Source of the DNA: Negaprion brevirostris
Lineage: Eukaryota
Direction: 5' to 3'
Assembly (NCBI GenBank): GCA_030324005.1
Contig: JARDVH010000031.1
Coordinates: 31,335,271 to 31,399,270 of the forward strand
Length of the DNA: 64,000 nt
Part shown: in pieces, positions 12,170 to 24,028 of the stretch
Layout: the number at the start of each line of letters is the position of its first letter
Numbering within the stretch: the first letter of the stretch is position 1
The notes under the pieces: generated by a model
The model's input: only the letters and a program-made list of their open reading frames with translations
Told to the model about the DNA's origin: nothing
The model's database searches: none
Made by a program: the position numbers and the translations under genes

Positions 12170-12503
12170 GGCACAGTGGCTGGCGTGGTGACCACAGCGA
12201 TTAGCACTGCTGCCTCACAACCCCAGGGACCTGGACTCGATTCCTGGCTTAGCTCACTGTCTGTGTGAAGTTTGTATTTTCTCCCCGTGTCTGCGTGAGT
12301 TTCCTCTGGATGCTCCAGTATCCTCCTCCAGTCCAAAGATGTGTGGATTAGATGCATTGACATGCAAAATTACCCCTTAGCCCAGGTTAACAGGATTGGG
12401 GGGTAAATATGTGCGGTTATGGGGATAGGGCCTAGGTGGGATTGTTGTCAGTGCAGACTCAATGGGCTGAATGGCCTCCTTCTGCACTGTAGGGCTTCTA
12501 TGA
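12170..12503 (+). mobile_element. HE1-type V-SINE (sense orientation)
   Basis: Head TTAGCACTGCTGCCTCAC, V core, tail GAATGGCCTCCTTCTGCACTGTAGGG. Confidence 0.9.
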
Positions 12504-12979
12504 TCGCCAGTGGAGTTGTGCCTTGAATCTGGATCCACACAATTAATTTAACAGAGATGGTTCTTTTTAGCAACGTTAAAGTTACAAGGAAAGATTGTTG
12601 CTGATACGGGTAGTTAGAAAGGGCTGATAGAGCCATGGAAATCGTGGGAAAAATCTTACATCCTTCTTTCTTCCTGAGATTAAGCTGGCATTAATCAAAA
12701 GGGACCTCTCACTGGCCAATTGTAGCTGCGGCCCATCTTGGGCTATACTCCCTGTAAGTATACAAATCGGCATCTTATGCAATCAAAAGGATACAAGGGA
12801 ATCCCAATTTGGCTGTTATTTTACTGGCTTTATAATCCAGGGGGCTGGACTAAGACTTCAGACAGATGAGTTCAAATCCCACCACATAGTGAAATTTCAA
12901 TTCAATTCATTACATTAATCTGGAGAGAAGCAAAAGTTAGTCTCAGTAATAAAAAACATAAAATATTGAATAAACTCAG

Positions 12980-13257
12980 TGGTACGTTGGCACAGTAGTT
13001 AGCAGTCCGCCTCACAGCGCCAGGTACCTGGGTTCAATTCCGGCCGTGGCTGACTGTCTGTGTGGCATTTGCACATTCTCCCCNNNNNNNNNNNNNNNNN
13101 NNNNNNNNNNNNNNNNNNNNNNNNNNNNNNNNNNNNNNNNNNNNNNNNNNNNNNNNNNNNNNNNNNNNNNNNNNNNNNNNNNNTGTTTTTTAACTGGTCG
13201 GCGCAACATCGTGGGCCGAAGGGCCTGTTCTGCGCTGTAATGTTCTATGTTCTATGT
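12980..13257 (+). mobile_element. V-SINE head, 100-N gap, then CR1-type tail
   Basis: tRNA-like head 12980-13083; tail GGGCCGAAGGGCCTGTTCTGCGCTGT(TTCTATG)n after the gap; the two parts may be different elements. Confidence 0.7.
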
Positions 13258-13679
13258 ACCTGGTCATTGACACGTTTCTGGTAATGTATTTAAGTCGTGA
13301 CTTTCTCAGCGACCTCCAGCTAGGTTTTATTTGTGGACCATGCTCATCTCCTCTCCTGTCTCCTGGGACCAGCACCTCTCTCCATTTCTCCGCCACATAC
13401 ATACCCCACTAAACGCTGGAGTTCTGACTTCAGCCTTTCCTGTTTCTCTTGTTCAGCTACTCCTCGTCTTTTTTATGCAGCTATTACTGGCTGCCCGTTT
13501 AAATATGGCATCTTCCTCTGACATGCTGAAACTTCCTCACACCCGCCACAACCTATTGGCTTGTTCTCCCCGATTGTCAGTTGTCAATGGGCTTCAGATG
13601 AAAAATGCCCAAAGCTGGCCCACTACCCACCATTTGTGGCCACGCAAATTTGACTCCACTGTGGTGAATTCTTTTTAAT

Positions 13680-13900
13680 TGGGAATATTCACCCACCGCC
13701 TTTATCTAATCTGGTCTGTTTGTGACTCCAGTTCCACAGCATTGTCATTGGCCCTTAACTACTCACTGGAAGGTCTCTCAAGCCACTTAATTGTATTCAA
13801 GATGGCAGTTCACCACCACCTTCTCAAATGCAAGTAGAAAAGGGTCATTAATGCTGCCCTTGCCAGCCACGCTCACAACCCATGTAAGAATAAAAAGAAA
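13680..13900 (+). mobile_element. Second tRNA-SINE family (SlmI/MetaSINE-like core, name tentative), 3' part
   Basis: Similar to the full copy at 32780-33155; its 5' part lies at about 12835-12960. Confidence 0.65.
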
Positions 13901-14134
13901 ACTGTATCCTAGCTTACACAGCTTGCAAATTGCTTGACAGGACAATTTTTGTCTTTCAATATTCATTGACATTGATTACAATATCTTATTTGTGACCTTT
14001 TCAAAGAACCACAGATACCTAGAACCGAGCTAGCATTTTTTTTGTCCAGCTAATTAGTTGTACTGAGAGCTGGTGAAGAAAGATATGGGATTTGGTTAAA
14101 TCAATAATAGAATTTCCAATGGCATTAATCGAAC

Positions 14135-14535
14135 TGGAGCCAACCTTGATGCAATAGTATCACATTTTGTCTCCAAGTAAAAGGGTTGTGGGTTCAAGCC
14201 CCTTTCTTTAGATTTGAGCACATTATCTGCAATATTAAAGGAGGGCTATGCTGTTGGTATGCCATCTCTTAGGTGAATCAATGAACTATGCTCCTATTGG
14301 CAAACATGGGTATAACAAATCCTACATTGACATTGGTATTTGAGTGTTATCTTGGGCAATATTTATTCTAGTCGACATCACTAATGGTTATTTCGTTGTC
14401 TATTTTGTTGTTTGTGGGACTATGTTGTGCCCAAATGTGTTACAAGTCTCTCTACACTCACTATGGAAGCAATACATTTGCCGTGAAGCATTTTGGTCAT
14501 AAGAATTTCTATACAAATGCAAGTTCGTTCTTTTC
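14135..14535 (+). mobile_element. DeuSINE (SacSINE1-like), degraded
   Basis: GGTTGTGGGTTCAAGCCCC head, Deu-like core (GGCAATATTTATTC, TTGTTTGTGGGA) and L2-like tail TATACAAATGCAAGTT. Confidence 0.6.
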
Positions 14536-14651
14536 AAGATGACCAAGAGTCCAGAAAATATCAGCAGTCGCATTTTTTCTCCTTCTTGATACATAAACAA
14601 CCTGAGTGACTGTGTGTATTCTTGGACATTAATATGTTCCTATGGTTTCAG

Positions 14652-14705
14652 GGTTCTCGAGGTTTCCCAGGTGCCCCTGGTCTGCCTGGCATCAAGGGTT
14701 TGAGG
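14652..14705 (+). CDS. col5a2: Collagen exon, 54 bp: GSRGFPGAPGLPGIKGLR (helix Lys87)
   Basis: tttcag|GGT...AGG|gtaagt; 6 triplets. Confidence 0.97.
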
Positions 14706-14926
14706 GTAAGTAAGCATAATACAAGCTTAATTTCACAGTCACAGTACATCCATTGACATAGCAATAAGTGTGTGCTGATATGCTACAATAGATTAGCTTG
14801 ATAACCCATTCCGTAAGAGAGTGATTTATGTATTTTCAACATTTGTTCAAACAACTGATTTTGTTAATATTAAGTATTTGATGGAAAAACTTTAATTGAT
14901 GATCTTTTAAAAATTATCTTTCACAG

Positions 14927-14980
14927 GGACACATGGGCCTGAAAGGACATAAAGGTGAAATTGGAGCTCCAGGCCAGAAG
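14927..14980 (+). CDS. col5a2: Collagen exon, 54 bp: GHMGLKGHKGEIGAPGQK
   Basis: tcacag|GGA...AAG|gtaaca; 6 triplets. Confidence 0.97.
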
Positions 14981-15568
14981 GTAACAATTTAACATTAATA
15001 TGACTGAACTGCACAACCTGTTCACTGAAATTACAATGCAGATCATCAAAGTATACAAGGGCAATGGATTTGTCTAAAGTTCTTTCCCTACTATTTTAAC
15101 AGAGTTATCAATCAATTTGTTACATTAATAGTGAAGAATTTTAGCCAAACATTTAAGCATTTGTGCATTGGTATCACACAGCAGTCCTGAGGGCAGTGTC
15201 CTTGAAACCACATTGGCAGAACATTGCTTAATGTTCTGTCGTACAACGTTTTGACTACTAGGCATTAATATTCCTGAGGAAAACAACCCAATGTTCTTCA
15301 GAATGTCAGTTAAAATTAATACGGTATCTATTCTCCAATCACACAAAAGAATTGTGTTGCTCTTCATTCAATTAATGTATCAAAATGCCTTTCAATGGTG
15401 AGTCTTTTCTTCAAGAGAAATATTCAACAGAATATTTGAGAAAAGTACATTTTCCATTCAATTGTCTTAACTTAATTTGCAGAAAACAACACTCTGTTAA
15501 AATTAAATCTTAGCTGGTAATCAAATGGAGGGATTGTGAGTGAATGTGTTTTTTTATACCTTTTGTAG

Positions 15569-15613
15569 GGTGACCATGGTTCTATTGGTGCAATGGGTGC
15601 CCCAGGTTCAAAG
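15569..15613 (+). CDS. col5a2: Collagen exon, 45 bp: GDHGSIGAMGAPGSK
   Basis: ttgtag|GGT...AAG|gtaagt; 5 triplets. Confidence 0.96.
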
Positions 15614-15906
15614 GTAAGTTTGCTGTTATATAAGTTTTAATAGAAGTAGGAATTTTATTCGAAATTGACTCCCTCTCATTTTTTGTAAGAGCTTTCAACT
15701 TTTGAATATTTCCCTTCAATTCATCATTCAGGTCTAGCTATGAGGGAAATAACTCGGAAGAGCTATGGGGATAGAGCAAGGAAACAGGACTGATTGGATT
15801 GATGGGCTAAAGGGTTGCATACTGTGCTGTAATGACTGCATGACTGCAAGTTTGCCAGCACTTTGGTGATGGGTTAACAGACAGGAGATCGTCACAGGAA
15901 ATCAAT

Positions 15907-16022
15907 GGGCAGAGATTTCCCATCCTGCCCGTCACACAACGGGCAGGACAGAAAATTTGGTGGACCATTTAAAGGTCCGTTGACCTTGATATTGGAGTGC
16001 ATGTGGCTGGAAAATCCCACCC
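15907..16022. mobile_element. Harbinger-type MITE
   Basis: GGGCAGAGATTTCCC / GGAAAATCCCACCC ends with TSD AAT. Confidence 0.7.
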
Positions 16023-18759
16023 AATATCTTCCCACCACTGTGCCATTTTGTCAGAGACAGGAAGATGATGAATTGGCCTTCCATCGGGAACCCAATTGAG
16101 TCACTTGAATGATGGATCAAGGACCACTTATTCCCTGTCAGAAAGACCTTGCTCTCCTAGGAGAAACCACCCAGCGACATCCTCGTGAGATGCAGGATAA
16201 TGGGGGGCGGGGGTCTCTTTTTTGGGCATACTCTGGCCCACAGATGACAGGCTGGTGGCAACGGCCACTCCTGTGGCAATATGCTTCCGGTGGATCACAA
16301 AATCCACTCCCCCCTCCAAACACCCCTTCTTAATTCTTTTTGAGGGTGCCTTGATCATTGAAGTACCCTCACTTTGTACCTGTAACATCAGCAATAGCCA
16401 CCAGTAGAGGTGGTGCTGCTGTGCTGCCAACCCACTAATTGGACCAACAAAACTCCTTAAGGTGGACTGTCACCCTTAATTGAGAGGTACAAAGCTAAGG
16501 AGCGAGCTAGCTGAGGAAAATAAATATTAACTACATTACTGCAGATGAACAATGGAACATTCATAAATAAAAGGTAGTAACAATGCAGAATAAATCATAC
16601 CATTAAAAATAAGGTGAATCGATCAAATTTCAGGACACTGTGGATAAATAAAGAGGCTAAAACAAATAAAATGTAGGAAAGGCTCTGTAATAATGCTAAA
16701 GATAAGAGATAACAAGAGAAAGTAGGTTATAAGAGGGATATCAAAAGTAAGGAGGTAGAATGAGGCAAAGATCTCAGCATATATTTCAGATTGGTACTAT
16801 CATTCAACAAATATACCAATTAAAAGAAAATTATTAAATATTAGGGGGAATTATACATGGTAGAACTAAGATTTATAGGTCTACTTATCTCGAGCCAATA
16901 CTTCAGTTGATGGCTTCTATAGAAAGTTCAATGGCACTTTTTTGAAGTTANNNNNNNNNNNNNNNCCAGCCACCCATATACTTCCTAGTCTCCATCCATC
17001 CATGCCAACCTATGTCACTATGTGCCCTACTCATTCCCTCATACCGCAAAGGTTATCCAATTTCTCCTTGATCACCCTCAATGGACCCCCATGTTCCCTG
17101 TGCCAAAATATGCCCACCACTTATCCCAATAGTTGTTTATAGCCCCTATGCCAACTTATGCCAACACATGGCACTCTCCATGCCAATTCACCTCTATTCT
17201 ACAACCACTTGGAGATGTCAATCAAACTGTTCATTTAACAGCCACCCCACTGTGATAATGTTAGACTATAAAAGCAGTCCTGCAGCATAAATCCTATAAT
17301 GATAGCTGTCAGGCTTAAGTAAACAGAGTGACATATCAAGCACCAATTTTTGTTAAACTCCACACTTCTTTAAAAATAAATTAAAGCCCAGCAGAGTTAA
17401 ATCTCTTGATAGTTTTGACAGTTCCAATAAACTTTGATAGTTCCAGTGAGAGTTTTGACAATTATTTGACAACTTGACGAGTTCAATGAGTTTATGATAA
17501 TTATGTCTACATTTAACAAACTCAAAGAGAACCTGATCTGTCCAAAAGGATGCTCTTCCTTTGCCAAAGGGTCCCAATCCATTTACAAAGGGGTACCTTA
17601 TATTGGCAAACAAATCCGCAAGGTTCAAATCTGTTCTTCATTGCCAGGTTTAATCTGCACACTTTGGGTTTCAAATGTCTGCATCACCAAAATCACACAT
17701 GGACGGAGGCAGTGGCTGATTGTCATGGGCAGCTGCCTCCATGAACCACAGATGTGTGAGTTATAACCTACCCCCATTCCGCACCCCCCTCCCTGCCAAC
17801 TACAAAAACAGCAGAAGCTGGAATTGGGGTAGGAGTTCCAGATTTGGGTTTCTGAAAGCATTTGCACACAGACGGTGAGCCTCTCTGCCAATGCAAAACT
17901 TCAAGCCCAAGGCTCCAAACACTTTTTACAATTTGTGTTCATTTGACAAAGTGATTTATTCAGCATATTTCACTGATATATGCAATGAATTGTAACATCT
18001 ATTGCCCAGCAGTATATGGTTGAATATTTGAATTCATTTAAAATGGTATTTAAAGGTTTACTATTGTCAGGTAAAACATATTCAAAAACGTTTACAGCAA
18101 CCTCATTACAATGGCCGATGACACATGTTGATGGGAAACGATTGTACTTGCTAGGAACAAGTTCTGAAGCTGCAGTTGCAACCAAAAATAACTTATGCAG
18201 AAATCTTAACCCATTCATGATAACATAAGTAATACAGGTCTTCCACTGACAAAGAACAGTACAGCACAGGGACAGGTCATTCGAAGGCGGAAAGACCTGT
18301 CCTCAGATTGCACCAAGCCTGATTTGCCATAGTAATGTTCATTTCACCAGAATGAATGGGGAAAACTGCAAATAAGTAGAGAGAAAGACGTCTGCTTGTT
18401 ACTTACTTGGAAATTCATGCAATCGTCCATAATAACTAGGGTGGAATTCTGGAAGCCATGACTGTAGGAAACTATTTCTGCCATTCTTGCTGGGATTCCT
18501 TCTGGAACGTTCCTGCAGTGGAAGCTATGATAGGAGCTTCGGACACGCAGTGGGAATTCCCCTCCACATTGCCCATGGTATCAGTGATGCCTCTGTACAG
18601 CGGTGAAGTTGAACATCCCAGTAAAAATGTTACCCCTTTTCAAAGTAAAGTAACAGACNNNNNNNNNNNNNNNNNNNNNNNNNNNNNNNNNNNNNNNNNN
18701 NNNNNNNNNNNNNNNNNNNNNNNNNNNNNNNNNNNNNNNNNNNNNNNNNNNNNNNNNNT

Positions 18760-18948
18760 AGCATGGCCAATCAACCTAACCCACACATCTTTGGACTGTG
18801 GGAGGAAACCGGAGTACCCGGAGGAAACCCACGCAAACATGAGGAGAATGTGTAAGCTCCACACAGACAGTGACCCCAGCCGGCAATCGGACCAAGGACC
18901 CTGGAGCTGTGAAGCAGCAGTGTTAATCACTGTGCTACCGTGCCGCCC
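18760..18948 (-). mobile_element. HE1-type V-SINE (tail lost in gap)
   Basis: Head and V core match the other copies. Confidence 0.85.
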
Positions 18949-19155
18949 AATAATGCTGCCATAGACGTTGGTGTACAACACCTAACCCCTGAGTCTGATG
19001 TCACTGAGTTTCAACTAAATCAGCAATTATCCTTCCTGAAATATCAGATCTGAGGGAAGCAAACCATGCCAGAGGAATTGAATTTTTCGTTACCTTTGTT
19101 GATAAGCTAGTTTTTAAACCATAGATATGATTGAGATTGTAAATTTTTCTTACAG

Positions 19156-19209
19156 GGTCCTCGGGGTCTCTCAGGTGAAAGAGGTCGACCTGGACCTCAA
19201 GGCGCACCA
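19156..19209 (+). CDS. col5a2: Collagen exon, 54 bp: GPRGLSGERGRPGPQGAP
   Basis: ttacag|GGT...CCA|gtgagt; 6 triplets. Confidence 0.97.
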
Positions 19210-21040
19210 GTGAGTACATTATTGGAGTTAACTTTTACTATTCAGACATCAGTAAAAAACCTCAATTGCTTTGGTTGTTCTGATCAATTGTGAGATTCTT
19301 ATTGTATACTTCCTGCTAGGTACTGAAATGTTAAATTTATTAGAATTTGGACTTAAAGGTTAATCCTGGGTCAAAACTACTGGATAATCTTGGTCTCTAT
19401 AAACTTCCTAATGAAATAGATTAGCAATTATAAACACTGGACACAACTATAACTCATCTGCAGGAAGTGGGCTGTGTAAAGTGGATGGTGAACACCAGAA
19501 TTTCTGGGATAGCAGTGCCTATTTTAACCTGTCTCAAGAGGTTTTATACCAGATAGCCAGCAAGATTCATGGGCTGTTTGTGTCAGGCAGACAGCAGCGG
19601 GAGAGTGGATGGCAGGTAAGTGGAGAATCATTGAGGGATCGAACAGTGTGGAGGGGGAGAGTGCATTTGGAAATTCCTTCAACCATGTTGCATCTTTATG
19701 ATAAATGCAGTAGATTTCTCTGCAGTTTAAGCGTCAGGGGTTCAACACTAACCACACTTGCTGTCATCTCAGGGGAGCCTTTCATCTTTACCAAGGGTGA
19801 AAGGTTAAATTATCATGGGGTATCTCTTGCCTGCTGTGACTTTGGTGGAAGATTTGTGGTTATCCCAGACACGGTGTTACTGTTGCTTCTCTGGGGTTTA
19901 TCCCCCAAATTACTGAGAACAATGAGGAGAAGACAGTTGAAATGATTGCTATAAGTGGAACTATCCTCTTGTGTTAAAATCTCACTGAAATCAGCCCAAA
20001 AATCAATCAGATTTCAAATCGATAGGATTACTTCATATTTTTGACAGAAACGTGAAAATGAACTATTAAATATTTCTATAGCTCTTTCCCTTTTCACTAT
20101 GCAATAGCTCATATCCCTATGTGTCGATTCATGAGGGTCATGCTTTTCAAATATTGAACTCTGAATGAATCATCTATTAACGAGATGAANNNNNNNNNNN
20201 NNNNNNNNNNNNNNNNNNNNNNNNNNNNNNNNNNNNNNNNNNNNNNNNNNNNNNNNNNNNNNNNNNNNNNNNNNNNNNNNTTCTTATGATTCAAACTTAA
20301 AAGAATGTGACGTTTGAAAGATATTTTAGCAGTGATCATTGGTGTGCTCTGCCTTTCTGAAGTTGTTCAGAACTTGGCGAGTAGAGTTTCCCATGTTACT
20401 GCTGATCACATCAGCTTTGTTCAGTGAGTGGATCTGATCCAGGGGTTGCAGAGCAGAAAGTGTCTAATCCCAGCCAGAAAACTTAATTCAAGCATTTTGC
20501 TGCCAACAACTATCTCCTCAGCACCTGTTCAGCAGATCTTTCCTTTGCCAGTTTCTCTACAGATTACCTTGGACCATTTCCCTATTCATAAGAGCGTACG
20601 TATGGAAAGAGGCTGCAGTTTTGTCAGTATCTATGTTATATATGCAGGAGACACCAATGTAGTTTTGCACTCCTCAGTGGGCAAATAGATAGATTGTTTC
20701 ACATGAATAAGATTCTTTAAACAAACTTATCTCACCCTCCCAGAATATGAATCCTATCATCTTCCCATATCAGANNNNNNNNNNTATCAGACAGAAAGTT
20801 ACTTTAGATTTTTGTCTAAATGATGGGAGGAATTGATAAAACCATAGTAAAACATCTTTGGCTTTGTCTTGTATCCCACTAGGTAAATCAACCTGATTCC
20901 TTTTGATCCCGGCATCTGAAAATTAATTTGAAACCAGATTGCGTCAATGTTTAAATTTAGTAATCTCTTGATATGTTTATATACAAAACATTTCATTCGA
21001 AAAATATTTTATCTTTTTGGCTAGTTGTGGCTGAGCTATA

Positions 21041-21167
21041 GGCTGGAATTTTGCTGTCCCACCCGCCACGGAAATTGAAGTGGGTGAGGGGTGGACCATG
21101 GGAAGGTCCGTTGATCTTGGGTGGGAGTTTCCGGTTCTGAGGTGAGTGAGGCCGCAAAATTCTGCCC
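21041..21167. mobile_element. Harbinger-type MITE
   Basis: TIRs GGCTGGAATTTTGC / GCAAAATTCTGCCC and TSD ATA. Confidence 0.8.
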
Positions 21168-21793
21168 ATAGTATCTGTTTATCTTAGTGGCAGCACAGTA
21201 CATGTTATTGCAAATAGATCCCCAACTGTCCAAATTTCTGGGAAGCTAGGCCGACTCCTGAATCATTTAAAAATGGCAGCAGGTTCTGATTCTGGGAATC
21301 CTGTCCCCATTCCTGGTTACTTTCTCACATATTAGGATAAGGGTGGGCCTAAGCTCTATACTCCTGACCTAGCTGGCTCTACTGTGGAGGTGACCATCTC
21401 ATTGCCTCCTGCAACTTTTGTGGTGCTGGGCCTGTTTCTCCATAGCCCATCGTTCACAGCCCTTCAGAAGAATGATAAAGCAGAATCTGGATTCAGGAAC
21501 CTTTTGAAAACTAAGTTCAAAAACTTACTCATATCAACTCCATGTCCCTTCCATGCTCCCCATGCCCTTTGTGCCAGCTCTATGCCCCCTCCTGGAACAA
21601 AGCCCCATGGAAGCAGGGTGGTCTTTCTCACCAGCGCTCACATTCAGCAACAAAAGGCAATTCAACGGACACATTTAATGACGGTATGGTGAAATATGCA
21701 TTTTTTTAAAAAGTGCTTTTTGGCCGAACTGTTATTTTCAACATTATGGAAGAAATTTTCCAGTCTGCCTGCCAAAGGAATCGTAGCAGGCAG

Positions 21794-23567
21794 GGTTTTT
21801 TCCTGAGATGGAGAGCAGCGAGATTCCTCGGTGGTTGTCGCATACTTGCCGATTGCCCTTCCTCTTGTAGAGGTGTACGATGAAAGCATCTTTAAGTTCC
21901 TGAGGAATGGATCCTTGCTTCCAAAATGACTGGAACAACTCGGTGAGCTTCTCGATANNNNNNNNNNNNNNNNNNNNNNNNNNNNNNNNNNNNNNNNNNN
22001 NNNNNNNNNNNNNNNNNNNNNNNNNNNNNNNNNNNNNNNNNNNNNNNNNNNNNNNNNNNNNNNNNNNNNNNNNNNNNNNNNNNNNNNNNNNNNNNNNNNN
22101 NNNNNNNNNNNNNNNNNNNNNNNNNNNNNNNNNNNNNNNNNNNNNNNNNNNNNNNNNNNNNNNNNNNNNNNNNNNNNNNNNNNNNNNNNNNNNNNNNNNN
22201 NNNNNNNNNNNNNNNNNNNNNNNNNNNNNNNNNNNNNNNNNNNNNNNNNNNNNNNNNNNNNNNNNNNNNNNNNNNNNNNNNNNNNNNNNNNNNNNNNNNN
22301 NNNNNNNNNNNNNNNNNNNNNNNNNNNNNNNNNNNNNNNNNNNNNNNNNNNNNNNNNNNNNNNNNNNNNNNNNNNNNNNNNNNNNNNNNNNNNNNNNNNN
22401 NNNNNNNNNNNNNNNNNNNNNNNNNNNNNNNNNNNNNNNNNNNNNNNNNNNNNNNNNNNNNNNNNNNNNNNNNNNNNNNNNNNNNNNNNNNNNNNNNNNN
22501 NNNNNNNNNNNNNNNNNNNNNNNNNNNNNNNNNNNNNNNNNNNNNNNNNNNNNNNNNNNNNNNNNNNNNNNNNNNNNNNNNNNNNNNNNNNNNNNNAAGT
22601 CAGTATGGACAAATTTTCCATGGCTTGTGACAACTTTGGACTCACCATCAACATTAAAAAGACTGAAATCATGCACCAGCTTGCTCCTCGTGCACTGTAC
22701 ACAGAACCCATAATCACAATCAAAGGGCAGAAACTACAGGCAGTGGATCAGTTCACTTATCTTGGCAGTGACTCCCAAGCAGTGACTACTGATACAGAAG
22801 TTAACTGCAGTGACTATTGATACAGAAGTTAACTGCAGAGTAGCAAAGGCAAGCTCTGCTTTCGGTAGACTGCACTCCACTGTATGGGAACATCGAGGAA
22901 TCAGCCCAGCAACAAAACTGAAGCTCTATAGCGCTGTGGTACTCACTACCCTCCTGTATGCCTGTGAAACGTGGACTATGTATCAAAGGCATGCAAGGCA
23001 GCTTAATCATTTTCACATGACTTCTTCGCAGAATATTACGCATCAGATGGCAAGACATCGAAGTTCTCCTGAGAGCATGTCTACCATCAGTCCACACACT
23101 GCTGATGAGAGTGCAGACCCAGTGGGCAGATCATGTCATCCGTATTTCAGACGAGTGCATACCCAAGCAGCTCCTTTTTGGGGAACTCTCTGCTGGAAGA
23201 CGCTCGCATCAAGGGCAGAAAAAACATTTAAAAAAACTCAACACTCAAGGCCTCCCTGAAGTCGCTTGACATCGACACGAAGAGCTGGGAAGTGTTGGCA
23301 CAAAAACGCCCTACCTGGCCCTGCCTCATCCACAAAGGCTGTCAAGCTTACGAAGCAAGGTGCATTGCTGAAGCACAACTTAAGCGCGAGCTGCGCAAGC
23401 CCAGAACCACCAGCACAACAAATACAGTGTCTACACAAGTCTGTCCAATATGTGCCAGGACATTCGGTGCCCGAATTGGCCTGATCCGTCATCTTCGAAC
23501 ACACCGCATTCAGCCTCAAAATGACTAATGGTGTCGAGTTCCTCATCGACGCTGATGGACAAACAAC
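21794..23567 (+). mobile_element. RTE-clade LINE, 5'-truncated and frameshifted, with its 5' segment (21794-21957) inverted; inserted in a MITE
   Basis: Minus strand: WKQGSIPQELKDAFIVHLYKRKGNRQVCDNHRGISLLSISGK. Plus strand: FGLTINIKKT, FTYLGS, KASSAFGRL, TLLYACETWT, C2H2 CPICARTFGARIGLIRHLRTH and a (CAA)n tail. Confidence 0.9.
22779..22838 (+). repeat. 28-bp tandem duplication inside the RTE ORF
   Basis: GCAGTGACTA(C/T)TGATACAGAAGTTAACT twice; shifts the reading frame. Confidence 0.9.
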
Positions 23568-23983
23568 AGCGGGCAGCGCAGAAAATTAGGCAGATCATGC
23601 AAAGGTCCATTGACCTCAGGATGGGGATTTCTGGGATGAGTGTGGTGGCAAAATCCTGCCCAAAAAGTTTTTGTTAGAGAATTACAGAAAGGGAAAGAAA
23701 AATCTAAAACCGTACCAAGAGTTGAGGAGATGTTGTGGCCAAATTGGACAAAATTACAAATTAAAATTTCCCATTGTAAATGTGGAAATAAACATTTCTA
23801 ATGGAACAGGCTTACACAAACCAATGAGAAAGGCATAACAATCAGTAATTTATTACGTTATCTTGCACTGACAGGAAGTGTGCACATAAAGTTTTATTAT
23901 AGATGGATATGGAGAAAATGCATATTATAGAAAAATATTTTAAAACTTAGGAAGGTGATAAGTGTGCTCTTCCCTCCCCTCAG

Positions 23984-24028
23984 GGTGTTCGTGGTGCTGT
24001 TGGTGCGCCGGGTCTGCCTGGTGCTATG
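23984..24028 (+). CDS. col5a2: Collagen exon, 45 bp: GVRGAVGAPGLPGAM
   Basis: cctcag|GGT...ATG|gtgagt; 5 triplets. Confidence 0.96.

Noticed and set aside
17400-17520. Cluster of TTGACA-like hexamers resembling bacterial -35 boxes
   Set aside because: Eukaryotic intron; likely a degenerate internal repeat of an old transposon.
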